From: Chitinophaga pinensis
GTDB lineage: Bacteria; Bacteroidota; Bacteroidia; Chitinophagales; Chitinophagaceae
Direction of reading: 5' to 3'
DNA: 64,000 bases
Assembly: GCA_945872085.1 (NCBI GenBank)
Contig: CAMBYG010000001.1
Span: 34,297-98,296 of the forward strand
The notes beneath the pieces are model-generated. The model saw only the letters and a list, made by a program, of their open reading frames with translations, did no database searches and was not told the origin of the DNA. This document shows positions 30,431 to 40,559 of the stretch, piece after piece (position 1 is the first letter of the stretch; the number at the start of each line of letters is the position of its first letter). The translations under genes were made by a program, and so were the position numbers.

Positions 30431-31846
30431 ATGGATATACACTGCTCAGATTGGGAATTAGACATATTTAAGAAAATAGGCGCTGCAGCGGATAAGCTGG
30501 AAATGCCCTGCTTCTTAATAGGAGGATTTGTACGCGACAAACTTATAAACAGGGCTTCTAAAGATGCCGATATAGTTTGTGTTGGCGATGGCATACGCTT
30601 AGCTCAAGAAGTAGCCCAATTATTTCAACCAAAACCCAATGTGCATTTTTTTAAAACCTTTGGAACCGCTCAAATCAAAGTAAATGATTTTGATATAGAA
30701 TTTGTTGGCGCTAGAAAAGAATCTTACCAAGAAAGTTCTAGAAAACCTATGGTTGAAAACGGCTCTATAGAAGACGATCAAAATAGAAGAGATTTTACGA
30801 TTAATGCCCTAGCCATTGGCTTGAACAAAACAAATTTTGGCAACTTGATTGATCCTTTCGATGGCCTTTTAGATTTGGAGAATAAAATTATCCGTACTCC
30901 ACTCAATCCAGATATTACGTTTAGCGACGACCCCTTACGGATGATGCGCTGCATTCGTTTTGCTAGTCAATTAGGTTTTTATATTGAAGAGCAAACATTT
31001 TTAGCCATTGAACGTAATAAAGATCGTATTACTATTGTTTCTCAAGAGCGCATTACCGATGAGTTAAATAAAATTATAGCGTCTCCAACACCTTCTGTTG
31101 GTTTCGATTTGCTATTCAAAAGCAAACTACTGAGTATCATATTCCCATCTATGCAGGCATTATCCGGTGCTGAATATGTAGATGGCCTTGGGCATAAAGA
31201 CAATTTCTATCATACACTAGAAGTGTTGGATAACACCGCTAAACAAAGCACAAATTTGTGGCTTCGATGGGCTGCTATCTTACATGATATAGGCAAGCCC
31301 GCAACCAAACGCTTTGAAGATGGCCACGGGTGGACCTTTCATGGACATGAAGTAGTGGGTATGCGTATGGTATCCAAAATTTTTAAGCAACTAAAATTGC
31401 CCTTAAATGAGCATATGAAGTATGTTGAAAAATTGGTTTTATTGCATTTAAGGCCCATTAGTTTGAGTAAAGATGAAATAACAGATGCTGCAATGCGTCG
31501 CTTATTGTTTGATGCTGGCGATGATTTGGAAGATTTAATGATCTTGTGCAAAAGCGATATTACCTCTAAAAATCAAGCTAAAGTAAAACGCTTTTTAGCC
31601 AACTTCGATTTGGTTTTAGAGCGATTGAAAATAGTAGAAGAAAAAGATAAGATTCGAAATTGGCAACCACCAATTGATGGTGAAATCATAATGCAAACCT
31701 TTCAATTAGGTCCATCTAAAGAAGTAGGTCTTATTAAAACAGCTGTTAGAGAGGCTATTTTAGATGGTCTTATTGATAACAATTACGATGCCGCTTTTGA
31801 ATATATGCTTCAACAAGCCGCTCAACTCGGCCTTAAACAACCCTAG
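30431..31846 (+). CDS. CCA tRNA nucleotidyltransferase / poly(A) polymerase-family protein with HD domain
   Basis: GGFVRDKLI...DADI head-domain motif, RRDFTINA, and HD motif LHDIGKP. An alternative start is at 30401. Confidence 0.88.
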   Translation: MDIHCSDWELDIFKKIGAAADKLEMPCFLIGGFVRDKLINRASKDADIVCVGDGIRLAQEVAQLFQPKPNVHFFKTFGTAQIKVNDFDIEFVGARKESYQESSRKPMVENGSIEDDQNRRDFTINALAIGLNKTNFGNLIDPFDGLLDLENKIIRTPLNPDITFSDDPLRMMRCIRFASQLGFYIEEQTFLAIERNKDRITIVSQERITDELNKIIASPTPSVGFDLLFKSKLLSIIFPSMQALSGAEYVDGLGHKDNFYHTLEVLDNTAKQSTNLWLRWAAILHDIGKPATKRFEDGHGWTFHGHEVVGMRMVSKIFKQLKLPLNEHMKYVEKLVLLHLRPISLSKDEITDAAMRRLLFDAGDDLEDLMILCKSDITSKNQAKVKRFLANFDLVLERLKIVEEKDKIRNWQPPIDGEIIMQTFQLGPSKEVGLIKTAVREAILDGLIDNNYDAAFEYMLQQAAQLGLKQP

Positions 31847-31851
31847 TAAAA

Positions 31852-32205
31852 ATGCCCATTAAACTACCTACTATTCAAACGCTACCTTTTTTATTTAAAG
31901 CCATAGCCGTTTTTCACCTATTATTATTTTGCTACAGTCTCTATAATGCCATTGGTTTTCCATGGAACACTTTTGTATGGCTATTCCCATTAAACTATGC
32001 CCTATATAGTGCTATTTGGATTTGGGTAAGTTACTTTAAAAAGAAAGCAGCCATTGCTTACATTGTATACACCTGCCTCAATCTTATCTTATGGATAAAG
32101 CCCAGTCAAGTAGCTAGTTTTAATGATTACCGAAGTCTCACGCTTTTTCCTATTGATTGTATTTTAGTATTTTTATTATTATTTATCTATAAGCAATTAA
32201 AATAA
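31852..32205 (+). CDS. Hypothetical membrane protein
   Basis: 117 aa with 3-4 hydrophobic segments. No recognisable family. Confidence 0.5.
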   Translation: MPIKLPTIQTLPFLFKAIAVFHLLLFCYSLYNAIGFPWNTFVWLFPLNYALYSAIWIWVSYFKKKAAIAYIVYTCLNLILWIKPSQVASFNDYRSLTLFPIDCILVFLLLFIYKQLK

Positions 32206-32207
32206 AA

Positions 32208-33005
32208 ATGCAAACAAGCACGTATAAAGACATGATGGACCGATGGGTAGAGATACCCATTACGCCAAAACGCATCATCTCTTTAGTGCCTTCTCAAACA
32301 GAATTATTATTTGATTTAGGTTTAGATGAAGAAGTAGTAGGCATTACCAAATTTTGCGAACATCCAAGCGCTTGGCGCAAACAAAAAACCATTGTAGGAG
32401 GCACTAAAAAAGTAGACTATAGCATCATTGACCAATTAGCACCTGATTTAATCATTGCTAACAAAGAGGAAAATACCAAAGAGATGATTGCTGCTTTGGA
32501 AGCAAAATACCCCGTATGGATTAGCGATGTAAATACAAAAATAGAAAACGAATTAATGATTGAGCAAATTGGCGCCATCGTTCAAAAGCCCCAGCAAGCC
32601 TTATTAATCATTTCAAAAATTCAGCAGACCTTCTCAAAATTGAAATGCTTATCTAGCGATCTTAACGTAGCCTACTTTATATGGAAAGATCCTTGGATGG
32701 TAGCAGCATCAAACACATTCATACAGGAGATGCTTTTAGAAAATGAATGGAGTAATGTTTTTGAACATAAAGAACGCTATCCTATAATTTCTATTGAAGA
32801 ACTAATAACTGCACATCCAGAGGTGATTTTCCTATCTTCGGAGCCCTACCCTTTTAAAAACAAACATATAGAAGAACTGGCATCATATTTACCCAATACC
32901 AAAATTATATTGGTAGATGGCACCTATTTTAGTTGGTATGGTAGTCGCATGCAATATGCAACAGCTTATTTTGAAGAACTACATCAACAATTGTACTATG
33001 GGTAA
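32208..33005 (+). CDS. BtuF/TroA-like periplasmic-binding-fold protein (cobalamin-binding-protein family) without a signal peptide
   Basis: KRIISLVPSQTELLFDLGL...VVGIT and DLIIANKE motifs. No hydrophobic N-terminus. Confidence 0.7.
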   Translation: MQTSTYKDMMDRWVEIPITPKRIISLVPSQTELLFDLGLDEEVVGITKFCEHPSAWRKQKTIVGGTKKVDYSIIDQLAPDLIIANKEENTKEMIAALEAKYPVWISDVNTKIENELMIEQIGAIVQKPQQALLIISKIQQTFSKLKCLSSDLNVAYFIWKDPWMVAASNTFIQEMLLENEWSNVFEHKERYPIISIEELITAHPEVIFLSSEPYPFKNKHIEELASYLPNTKIILVDGTYFSWYGSRMQYATAYFEELHQQLYYG

Positions 33006-34533
33006 CAAAAATATATTAAGCACTTATTTCCCGCTAGTCCTGTTTGTATTATTATGGGTATGTTTTCACTCTTTATTCCAATATCATATAGACCCCGACA
33101 CAGCAGCTTGTTTGCAAATAACAGACGAATATGCGCATGGCCATTTCTGGGATGCTGTTAATGGGTTGTGGAGCCCCTTGCAATGTTGGCTAGTAGCAAT
33201 TGTACAATATATAACTTCCCTTAGCACATTAAACGCCACGCATACTTTTAATTTTATACTTGGTCTATTATTTATATGGCGACTAGGATACATAACAAAA
33301 CAATGGCAACTTTCTAATTTCACCCAATTGCTACTAAAAAGCAGTTTTGCTATATTCTTATTTTATGCTTGTCATGCACAACTATTTGGAGATGTACTCT
33401 TGAGTTATTGCATTTTGGAATACTTACAGCTAACACGTAGGCAAGATTTTTTTTCAGCTACAAAGCATATTCTTTTAGCTGGCATACTTATTGGAATTAG
33501 CACCCTAAGCAAATCTTATGCATTTTATTTTGGCGGATTACATTTTTTGTGTTTATTGATTTATACCTATAAATTCAATTTCAAAAAATATAAATCGCTT
33601 GCTATTTTTCTATTAGGTATTGCTATCTGCATTACTCCTTGGATATTTTGTGTACAAGAAAAATATGGAGTTTGGAATTTTAGTTTAGCTGGCATGCTCA
33701 ATAGATCTTGGTTGCTCAACGGCACGTATCAATTAAAAAAAAGCATCCAATATTTTATCATTCCATTTGGACACACAATAGCTCATTGGCAAGATCCTTT
33801 CTGGACAGAAGATCATTTTTCAACAGCTTTCGATTCCTCTTTTTTAATAAGAAAACAATTGGCACGTTTGCTTTTTGCTTTCTGGGAATTTATTCAAAGT
33901 GCAACAATAATAAGCTGGGCCTACCTGCTGCTGTTTTTCCAACTAGCTAAACAGCTAGTCAAAAAAAACAGTATTCAATACATACCTATCAATACATGGT
34001 CTATTGCCATCCTTTGTTTGCCTATTGGCTATCTTACCATTCATGTAGAAAGCAGGTACTTATGGCCATCACTACTGCCATGCATGTTTTTTTGTTTTTC
34101 TTATTTACATCAAAAAAGTAAAGCAAGAGATGCATTTACATTGAAAACTAGCGCTATACTTTTGGCATTGTCATTTATAATCTTCCCTATTATTTATTTG
34201 AAGGAACATAAAAACGAAGGAAGAGCATTAGCTCTGCATGCCCAGCAACTTCCTGCTAATCTAAAAGGGCAATACATCGTTAGTAACATAGATCCTAACC
34301 AAGGCATTATTTTAGCGTATTGGTCTAAGAGCCTTTATTGCAGTCCGATAGGAAAGGTATTTACGGATGCTCAATGGCCACGATTTGCTAAAAACATGCA
34401 TATATCCTACTACGTTGAATTCCATGAAAACAGCCCGGTTAATCACACAAAACCTTTGAATACATTGAATTACAGCGCATTAATACCTCTCTACCAAACA
34501 GAAAATCTGACTATTTATCAACTTACGCGTTGA
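32998..34533 (+). CDS. GT-C-fold membrane glycosyltransferase (ArnT/PMT-like)
   Basis: About 510 aa with many TM segments and a DEYAHG motif in the first loop. The ATG at 32998 overlaps the upstream stop by 8 nt. Confidence 0.6.
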   Translation: MGNKNILSTYFPLVLFVLLWVCFHSLFQYHIDPDTAACLQITDEYAHGHFWDAVNGLWSPLQCWLVAIVQYITSLSTLNATHTFNFILGLLFIWRLGYITKQWQLSNFTQLLLKSSFAIFLFYACHAQLFGDVLLSYCILEYLQLTRRQDFFSATKHILLAGILIGISTLSKSYAFYFGGLHFLCLLIYTYKFNFKKYKSLAIFLLGIAICITPWIFCVQEKYGVWNFSLAGMLNRSWLLNGTYQLKKSIQYFIIPFGHTIAHWQDPFWTEDHFSTAFDSSFLIRKQLARLLFAFWEFIQSATIISWAYLLLFFQLAKQLVKKNSIQYIPINTWSIAILCLPIGYLTIHVESRYLWPSLLPCMFFCFSYLHQKSKARDAFTLKTSAILLALSFIIFPIIYLKEHKNEGRALALHAQQLPANLKGQYIVSNIDPNQGIILAYWSKSLYCSPIGKVFTDAQWPRFAKNMHISYYVEFHENSPVNHTKPLNTLNYSALIPLYQTENLTIYQLTR

Positions 34534-34559
34534 GATTTATACTATATTTTGTAAATTTG
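34529..34559 (+). promoter_or_regulatory. Candidate Bacteroidota promoter for fbaB (GTTG-N19-TAAATTTG)
   Basis: The -7 box TAAATTTG at 34552-34559 matches TAnnTTTG. A TTG element lies 19 nt upstream, and the ATG is 33 nt downstream. Confidence 0.4.
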
Positions 34560-34591
34560 AAAATCGATAATTAATTATTAAACATACAATC

Positions 34592-35650
34592 ATGGCATCA
34601 AAGAAAATTCAAGAGTTGTTGGGAGATCAAGCGTCTTTCCTTTTAGATCACAAATGTACTACCATCGACAAATCGCAAATTCATTTGCCTTCTCCAAATC
34701 ACGTACAAGATATTTGGTTGCATTCGAATAGAAATAATACAACACTAAGAAATATTCAACAAATACTAGACAATGGTCGTTTAGGTGGAACGGGCTACGT
34801 AAGCATCCTTCCAGTAGACCAAGGTATAGAACATAGTGCTGGTGCATCTTTTGCTCCAAATCCAATTTATTTTGATCCTGAAAATATTGTAAAATTAGCT
34901 ATCGAAGGCGGTTGCAATTCCGTTTGCTCTACATTTGGTGTTTTAGGAAATATCTCAAGAAAGTATGCACACAAAATTCCAATGATGGTTAAGATAAACC
35001 ACAATGAGTTTTTATCATACCCCAACAAATTTGACCAAGTAATGTATGGTACCATTAAAGATGCTTGGAATATGGGCGCTATTGCTGTGGGCGCTACTGT
35101 GTATTTCGGTTCAGAAGAGAGTACACGACAAATTCAAGAAGTGGCTAGAGCTTTCGAAATGGCACATGAATTAGGTATGGCAACCGTTTTATGGTGCTAT
35201 ACTAGAAATAATGCTTTTAAAGTAAATGGCATTGACTACCATACATCAGCCGATTTATCTGGACAAGCAAATCATTTAGGGGTTACCATTCAAGCTGATA
35301 TTATCAAACAAAAATTACCAACTAATAATGGCGGTTATTTAGCTACAGGACATGGCAAAACAAGCAAATTGGTATATGATAAATTAACTACCGATCACCC
35401 TATTGATTTAGCACGCTATCAAGTAGCAAATTGCTATATGGGTCGCGTAGGTCTTATCAATTCTGGAGGCGAATCAAAAGGCGCATCAGATTTATCAGAA
35501 GCAGTTGCAACAGCCGTTGTCAACAAACGCGCTGGTGGCATGGGTTTGATTAGTGGTAGAAAAGCTTTCCAAAAAGATATGAAGGTGGGCATTGAATTAT
35601 TAAATACCATTCAAGATGTATATTTAGACGATACAATCACCATTGCTTAA
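34592..35650 (+). CDS. fbaB: Class I fructose-bisphosphate aldolase (FbaB/DhnA type)
   Basis: 352 aa with strong resemblance to FbaB-type aldolases ([22 protein letters not shown]). Confidence 0.88.
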   Translation: MASKKIQELLGDQASFLLDHKCTTIDKSQIHLPSPNHVQDIWLHSNRNNTTLRNIQQILDNGRLGGTGYVSILPVDQGIEHSAGASFAPNPIYFDPENIVKLAIEGGCNSVCSTFGVLGNISRKYAHKIPMMVKINHNEFLSYPNKFDQVMYGTIKDAWNMGAIAVGATVYFGSEESTRQIQEVARAFEMAHELGMATVLWCYTRNNAFKVNGIDYHTSADLSGQANHLGVTIQADIIKQKLPTNNGGYLATGHGKTSKLVYDKLTTDHPIDLARYQVANCYMGRVGLINSGGESKGASDLSEAVATAVVNKRAGGMGLISGRKAFQKDMKVGIELLNTIQDVYLDDTITIA

Positions 35651-35663
35651 TACAATACAACAT

Positions 35664-35699
35664 AAAAAAAAGCTCCTTCATTCGAAGGAGCTTTTTTTT
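35664..35699. terminator. Bidirectional terminator between fbaB and murF/alr
   Basis: A-run, AGCTCCTTC attc GAAGGAGCT, T-run. Confidence 0.85.
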
Positions 35700-38163
35700 A
35701 TTCTTCCATGTAAACGCGTTTTACGCGTTGCGAAATGCCAGTCATAATTTCATACGGAATGGTATTTGCCCATTTAGCCAATTGCTGAATCCTGAGCTCG
35801 CTATTGAATAGTATGACCTCGTCTCCTTCTTGCACGCTTTCAATAGAACTTAAATCAATCATGCATAAATCCATACAAATATTACCAATGATCTTAGCCG
35901 CATGATTATGAATTAAAGCATGCCCCACTCCATTACCTAAATTACGCGGGTAACCATCTGCGTAACCAATATTAATGATGCCTATTTTCATTGGACTAGT
36001 AGCTACAAAATTTCTACTATAACCAACGCTTTCTCCCGCATCTATGTTTTTGATTTGTGCAATACGTGATTTTAATGTAGCTACCTCTTGTAATTGATTT
36101 TGCATTGCATCATCATCGGCAATACCATACAAACCCAATCCTAAACGCACCATATTGTAATGCAAATTGGGATGCCTTGATATTGCTGCAGAATTAGCTA
36201 AATGCAATAATGGAGTATAGCCTATAGTTTTAATAAGCTGCGCACTCATCTTATCAAAAAGTTGTTGTTGCACTTTAGTAAAATCATCAAATTGGTTTTT
36301 TTCACTAGCTGCTAAATGACTGAAAATAGAAAGTACTTTTAATGCTTTTTGCTCTTGGAGTAGTTTTAATAAACTAGGTAGCTCTTCCTCTGTAAACCCT
36401 AAACGATGCATACCCGTATCTAGTTTAATATGGATGCCAACCGTTTTATCTACACTTTTTTGTAAGGCTTGAATAAATAATTGTAACGAATGAAGATTGT
36501 AAATTTCAGGTTCCAAACCCCATAATATCATGCGATCAAAAGAAGAACTATCCGGACTCATCACCATTATAGGCAAGCTAATACCCGAAGTCCTTAAGGC
36601 TATTCCCTCATCGGTATAGGCTACCGCTAGATAGTCTACGCCCACATGTTGTAAGGCGTTGGCTACTTCAAAACTTCCGCTTCCATAGGAAAATGCTTTT
36701 ACCATAGCCATGGTTTTAACACCAGGCTGAAGGAGTGATCTGTATACCGACCAATTTTGTTTTAATGCACTTAAATTAATTTGCATTTCTGTTTGATGAA
36801 CGTACTCTTCTAACTGGGCAACGATTTTTTCAAATTCAAAATGCCTAGATCCTTTTAGTAATATGGTTTCGTTCTGAAATCTAAAACTTTGTAATTGCTG
36901 AATGCAAGCGCTTGTATTTTCGAAAAAATAACACGGCGTCGACAATTGCTCTCTAAACAATTGCTGATATTGAAGAAGCTGCTCCCCAACACCTATAAAG
37001 CGATGCAAGTGGCATTGTTGTAATTGTTTGATTACATTTAGAATGGCTTCCCGATCGCGCACTTCTGGTATATCAGATAAAATAACACTCTTTAATGCAT
37101 GTTGTCTTTGCTGTTGCAACACCTGCAGTGCATTGCTAAATGAAACCGAATCGGCATTGTAAATATCGCTTAATAAGCTACAATTATTTAAACCCTTCTT
37201 CAATTCTAAACGCATGGCTATAGTTGGCAGCGTATCGAATTTATTAATCATGGTAGCATCCCATAATTGCAGGGCATGTATACTCACCAAACAAGTGATG
37301 GCATTTTCAATAGAGGCATCATCAGTAAATGGTATAACTATTGCAATGTTTTGTTGTTTATAGACCAATTTTATAGCAGTAGACTTATGCTGTTTAGTCA
37401 GGGAAAGCAGAAAATTGGCATTCGTATTTTTAAGGGACCAATCAATCAACTCCCTATCGCTATATTTACTTTTAACTAATCGATCTACTTGCTCATCATC
37501 ACTATTGTAAATGATGATTTTGCAATCTTTAAACAACTTTAATTTTTCTTCAATTTTAGTCGCTTGATTTTCGAAACCTTCTTGATGCGCTACGCCCATA
37601 TGCGTAAGCACTCCTATTGTTGGTTTTAAAATAGACTGCAGTGTGTCCATTTCATTTTTCTTGGAAATGCCTGCTTCAAAAATTCCAAGATCAATTTGTT
37701 TTGGCATTTTCCATACCGACAAGGGAACGCCAATTTGCGAATTATAACTCAATGGGCTTTTGTATATATTGCTTTTTTCTTCTAGCAAATAAGCCAACCA
37801 TTCTTTTACGATCGTCTTTCCATTACTACCCGTAATACCTATAATTGGGCAGCATTGTGTAGCACGAATAGCAGCAGCAATAGATTGCAGTGCTTGCAAG
37901 GTATCTTCAACTGCTATAAAATTTGCATTTGGAAATGCTTCAGTAGCAATTGCATCACTAATAAGAAAGCATCGTACGCCCTTTTCATAGGCCGCTTTTA
38001 TAAAATCATGTCCATTTCTATGCGATGCTTTAATGGCAATAAACAAAGTACGCTTACCTTCCAAAATAGCCCTTGAATCAATAGCTATATCTACAAGTTC
38101 TTGCTCTTGAAAAGGTTTGTTTTCAAGACCCAATATTTGATGTATGTAGGATAATGGGTACAT
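35698..38163 (-). CDS. Bifunctional UDP-MurNAc-tripeptide:D-Ala-D-Ala ligase (MurF) / alanine racemase (Alr) fusion
   Basis: 821 aa. The N-terminal half is Mur ligase (GITGSNGKT). The C-terminal half is alanine racemase (AMVKAFSYGSG PLP-lysine motif, ...GYADGYPR...). Confidence 0.9.
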   Translation of the reverse strand: MYPLSYIHQILGLENKPFQEQELVDIAIDSRAILEGKRTLFIAIKASHRNGHDFIKAAYEKGVRCFLISDAIATEAFPNANFIAVEDTLQALQSIAAAIRATQCCPIIGITGSNGKTIVKEWLAYLLEEKSNIYKSPLSYNSQIGVPLSVWKMPKQIDLGIFEAGISKKNEMDTLQSILKPTIGVLTHMGVAHQEGFENQATKIEEKLKLFKDCKIIIYNSDDEQVDRLVKSKYSDRELIDWSLKNTNANFLLSLTKQHKSTAIKLVYKQQNIAIVIPFTDDASIENAITCLVSIHALQLWDATMINKFDTLPTIAMRLELKKGLNNCSLLSDIYNADSVSFSNALQVLQQQRQHALKSVILSDIPEVRDREAILNVIKQLQQCHLHRFIGVGEQLLQYQQLFREQLSTPCYFFENTSACIQQLQSFRFQNETILLKGSRHFEFEKIVAQLEEYVHQTEMQINLSALKQNWSVYRSLLQPGVKTMAMVKAFSYGSGSFEVANALQHVGVDYLAVAYTDEGIALRTSGISLPIMVMSPDSSSFDRMILWGLEPEIYNLHSLQLFIQALQKSVDKTVGIHIKLDTGMHRLGFTEEELPSLLKLLQEQKALKVLSIFSHLAASEKNQFDDFTKVQQQLFDKMSAQLIKTIGYTPLLHLANSAAISRHPNLHYNMVRLGLGLYGIADDDAMQNQLQEVATLKSRIAQIKNIDAGESVGYSRNFVATSPMKIGIINIGYADGYPRNLGNGVGHALIHNHAAKIIGNICMDLCMIDLSSIESVQEGDEVILFNSELRIQQLAKWANTIPYEIMTGISQRVKRVYMEE

Positions 38164-38165
38164 GA

Positions 38166-38690
38166 TTATCGTGCAAAAAAATCGGTATAGTTAGCTTTTT
38201 CGAAAAGCATAGAGAACAATTGCGCAGTTGCTTGCACATCGCCACCTGCTCTATGTCTTGCCGTATGATTGATGCCTATTTCGGTGCATAACTTACCAAG
38301 ACTATAGCTTGGCATGCCAGGCATTAATTTTCTTGATAATTTAACGGTGCATAATTTAGGCACATTTAATTTGTATCCATGCACTTGCAAATGCGCATTA
38401 ACAAAGGAGTAATCGAATCCTACATTGTGTGCAACAAATACTTTATCCTTTAATAAATGATAAATAGTATCGGCTACTTCATCAAAGGGAGGAGCTACTG
38501 CCACCATTTCATTTGTTATGCCTGTAAGTTGCTGAATAAAATAAGGTATATATTGATTAGGCCTTACGAGTGTTTCGTAAAACTCTAAGACCTCTTTCCC
38601 ATTATGAATAGCTACAGCTATTTCTGTAATGCTACCACTACTAGCATTACCACCCGTTGTTTCTATATCTACAATAGCATACAATTTCAT
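38166..38690 (-). CDS. DEDDh 3'-5' exonuclease (DnaQ/epsilon-like domain)
   Basis: Exo motifs DIETTG, HNVGFDYSF and HRAGGD; 174 aa. Confidence 0.88.
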   Translation of the reverse strand: MKLYAIVDIETTGGNASSGSITEIAVAIHNGKEVLEFYETLVRPNQYIPYFIQQLTGITNEMVAVAPPFDEVADTIYHLLKDKVFVAHNVGFDYSFVNAHLQVHGYKLNVPKLCTVKLSRKLMPGMPSYSLGKLCTEIGINHTARHRAGGDVQATAQLFSMLFEKANYTDFFAR

Positions 38691-38755
38691 AATCTTACCA
38701 AAGTTAATCCTTTGCAGTGATTTTTTATTTTATGTTAGGCATTAATTTTCAAGCA

Positions 38756-38783
38756 CTTGTTAAAAACGGATAAAATATATTTG
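38756..38783 (+). promoter_or_regulatory. Candidate promoter for the DUF1800/DUF1501 operon
   Basis: The -7 box TATATTTG at 38776-38783, with CTTG 16 nt upstream. The ATG is 45 nt downstream. Confidence 0.4.
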
Positions 38784-38827
38784 ATAAATACGCAAAAAAA
38801 TAGTAACTTTTGGAAAATTTCATCTGT

Positions 38828-40546
38828 ATGAGTACTATCAATCGCACAGACGCGCTGTCAAATTCTGTTGAAAAAAAATATGACAGTAACCAAGACCTTA
38901 TTTTTAAAAAATATGCCAATAAGACCTTACCTACAGGTTTAATGAAAACTACTGCAGGTATTAACCCTTATAATGGCGCTTGGACAGAAGCTGAAGTATT
39001 ACATCTTTTAAGACGATGTACTTTTAGCCCTAATGCAACTATGGTACAAACCTTGCTTGCAATGAATCCAAATCAAGCCGTGGATCTTTTATTTACCAAT
39101 GCTACAAATACCGTAACTACCCCGCCCATAAACGATTATAATACCACCACCTATACCGACCCTACCGGCATAGCTCCTGGAGCAACATGGGTAAATGCAG
39201 CTTATGGCGACAGTACGGTAAACTCTAAACGCGGCATCTCTATGAAAGCCTGGTGGATGAAGCAAATGATCAAAAACAACAATTCTATTCTTGAAAAAAT
39301 GGTTTTGTTTTGGCACAATCATTTTTCTACAGAATTAGGTACTGTGCCAGATGCACGCGTATATTACAAACATCTTGAGTTATTGCGCACGCATGCATTA
39401 GGAAATTTCAAAACCTTTACTAGACAAATCACAACAGATGTCTGCATGCTTTATTATCTGAATGGGTATTTAAATACAAATACCTCTCCCGATGAAAATT
39501 ATGCTCGTGAATTGCAAGAACTATTTACCGTTGGGAAAGAAAATTCTCCAAATTATACCGAAGATGATGTAAAAGCTGCTGCTAAAGTATTAACTGGCTG
39601 GAGAATTAATTCCTCGACTACCATACCTACTGCATTTTTTGATAGCACCAAACATCATACCTCCAACAAACAATTCTCTTCGTTCTACGGCAACGCTGCT
39701 ATTCCTTATCAATCGGGAGCAAATGGCGCTTTAGAAACAGATATTTTAATAGATATGTTGTTTTCTAAACAACAAGAAGCAGCGAAATTTATTTGTAGAA
39801 AATTATATAGATTCTTCATTTACTATACTATCGATAATACGGTAGAAACTAATGTTATTGCCCCATTAGCTCAAATTTTTATAAATAATAATTGGGATAT
39901 AGTACCGGTATTGAAAACGCTTTTCAAAAGTGAACATTTCTTTGAGCTCAATTCTAAAGGTTGTATCATAAAATCACCTACAGATTTCTTGGTGGGTATT
40001 TTCAACACCTTTAAAGTAGATGTGCCTGCTACGATGACCGATTATAACAAATCATTAGTGTACAATTATATAAGAAATTATGGTGCCTTGATCGCTCAAA
40101 ACATTGGAGATCCTCCAGATGTTTCTGGTTGGCCGTCTTACTATCAAGTACCAGAATTTCATGAAATCTGGATTAATTCTAATACACTGCCGAAACGCAT
40201 GATATTTTCCGACATGATGTTGAATAGTGGATTTACTGCCAGTTCCGGCACTACGATAAAAATTGATTATTTAAATTTTGTATCGCAAATACCAAATGCA
40301 GACGACCCTGTTATTTTAATTGACTACTTATGCAATTTGCTGCTAGGTATATCTCTGTCTCAAACTAAAAAAGATAGTTTACGCGTCAATCATTTATTAT
40401 CGGGTCAAACTAGTAATTATTATTGGACCAATGCTTGGACAGCCTATATAGCTAACCCAAACACAGCCAATACCAACATTGTAAAACCTAGATTGTTAGG
40501 ACTCTTCCTTGATTTAACTCGCTTACCAGAATTTCAATTAAGCTAA
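38828..40546 (+). CDS. DUF1800 domain protein (no signal peptide visible)
   Basis: About 572 aa. LHLLRRCTF..., FWHNHF and the overall pattern are typical of DUF1800. The ATG at 38828 is preferred over the TTG at 38810. It sits directly upstream of its usual DUF1501 partner. Confidence 0.7.
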   Translation: MSTINRTDALSNSVEKKYDSNQDLIFKKYANKTLPTGLMKTTAGINPYNGAWTEAEVLHLLRRCTFSPNATMVQTLLAMNPNQAVDLLFTNATNTVTTPPINDYNTTTYTDPTGIAPGATWVNAAYGDSTVNSKRGISMKAWWMKQMIKNNNSILEKMVLFWHNHFSTELGTVPDARVYYKHLELLRTHALGNFKTFTRQITTDVCMLYYLNGYLNTNTSPDENYARELQELFTVGKENSPNYTEDDVKAAAKVLTGWRINSSTTIPTAFFDSTKHHTSNKQFSSFYGNAAIPYQSGANGALETDILIDMLFSKQQEAAKFICRKLYRFFIYYTIDNTVETNVIAPLAQIFINNNWDIVPVLKTLFKSEHFFELNSKGCIIKSPTDFLVGIFNTFKVDVPATMTDYNKSLVYNYIRNYGALIAQNIGDPPDVSGWPSYYQVPEFHEIWINSNTLPKRMIFSDMMLNSGFTASSGTTIKIDYLNFVSQIPNADDPVILIDYLCNLLLGISLSQTKKDSLRVNHLLSGQTSNYYWTNAWTAYIANPNTANTNIVKPRLLGLFLDLTRLPEFQLS

Positions 40547-40559
40547 ACCAATATCGCTT

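Noticed and set aside
32206-32207. Looked for a cobalamin riboswitch upstream of the BtuF-like gene.
   Set aside because: The intergenic distance is 2 nt, so no leader is possible.
38810-38827. TTG start extension of the DUF1800 ORF (similarly 17842 for gldC, 50193 for atpG, 29348 for DUF1573 and 59214 for SCO).
   Set aside because: The internal ATG gives a native-looking N-terminus or signal peptide in each case. The extensions overlap promoter boxes or add implausible residues.
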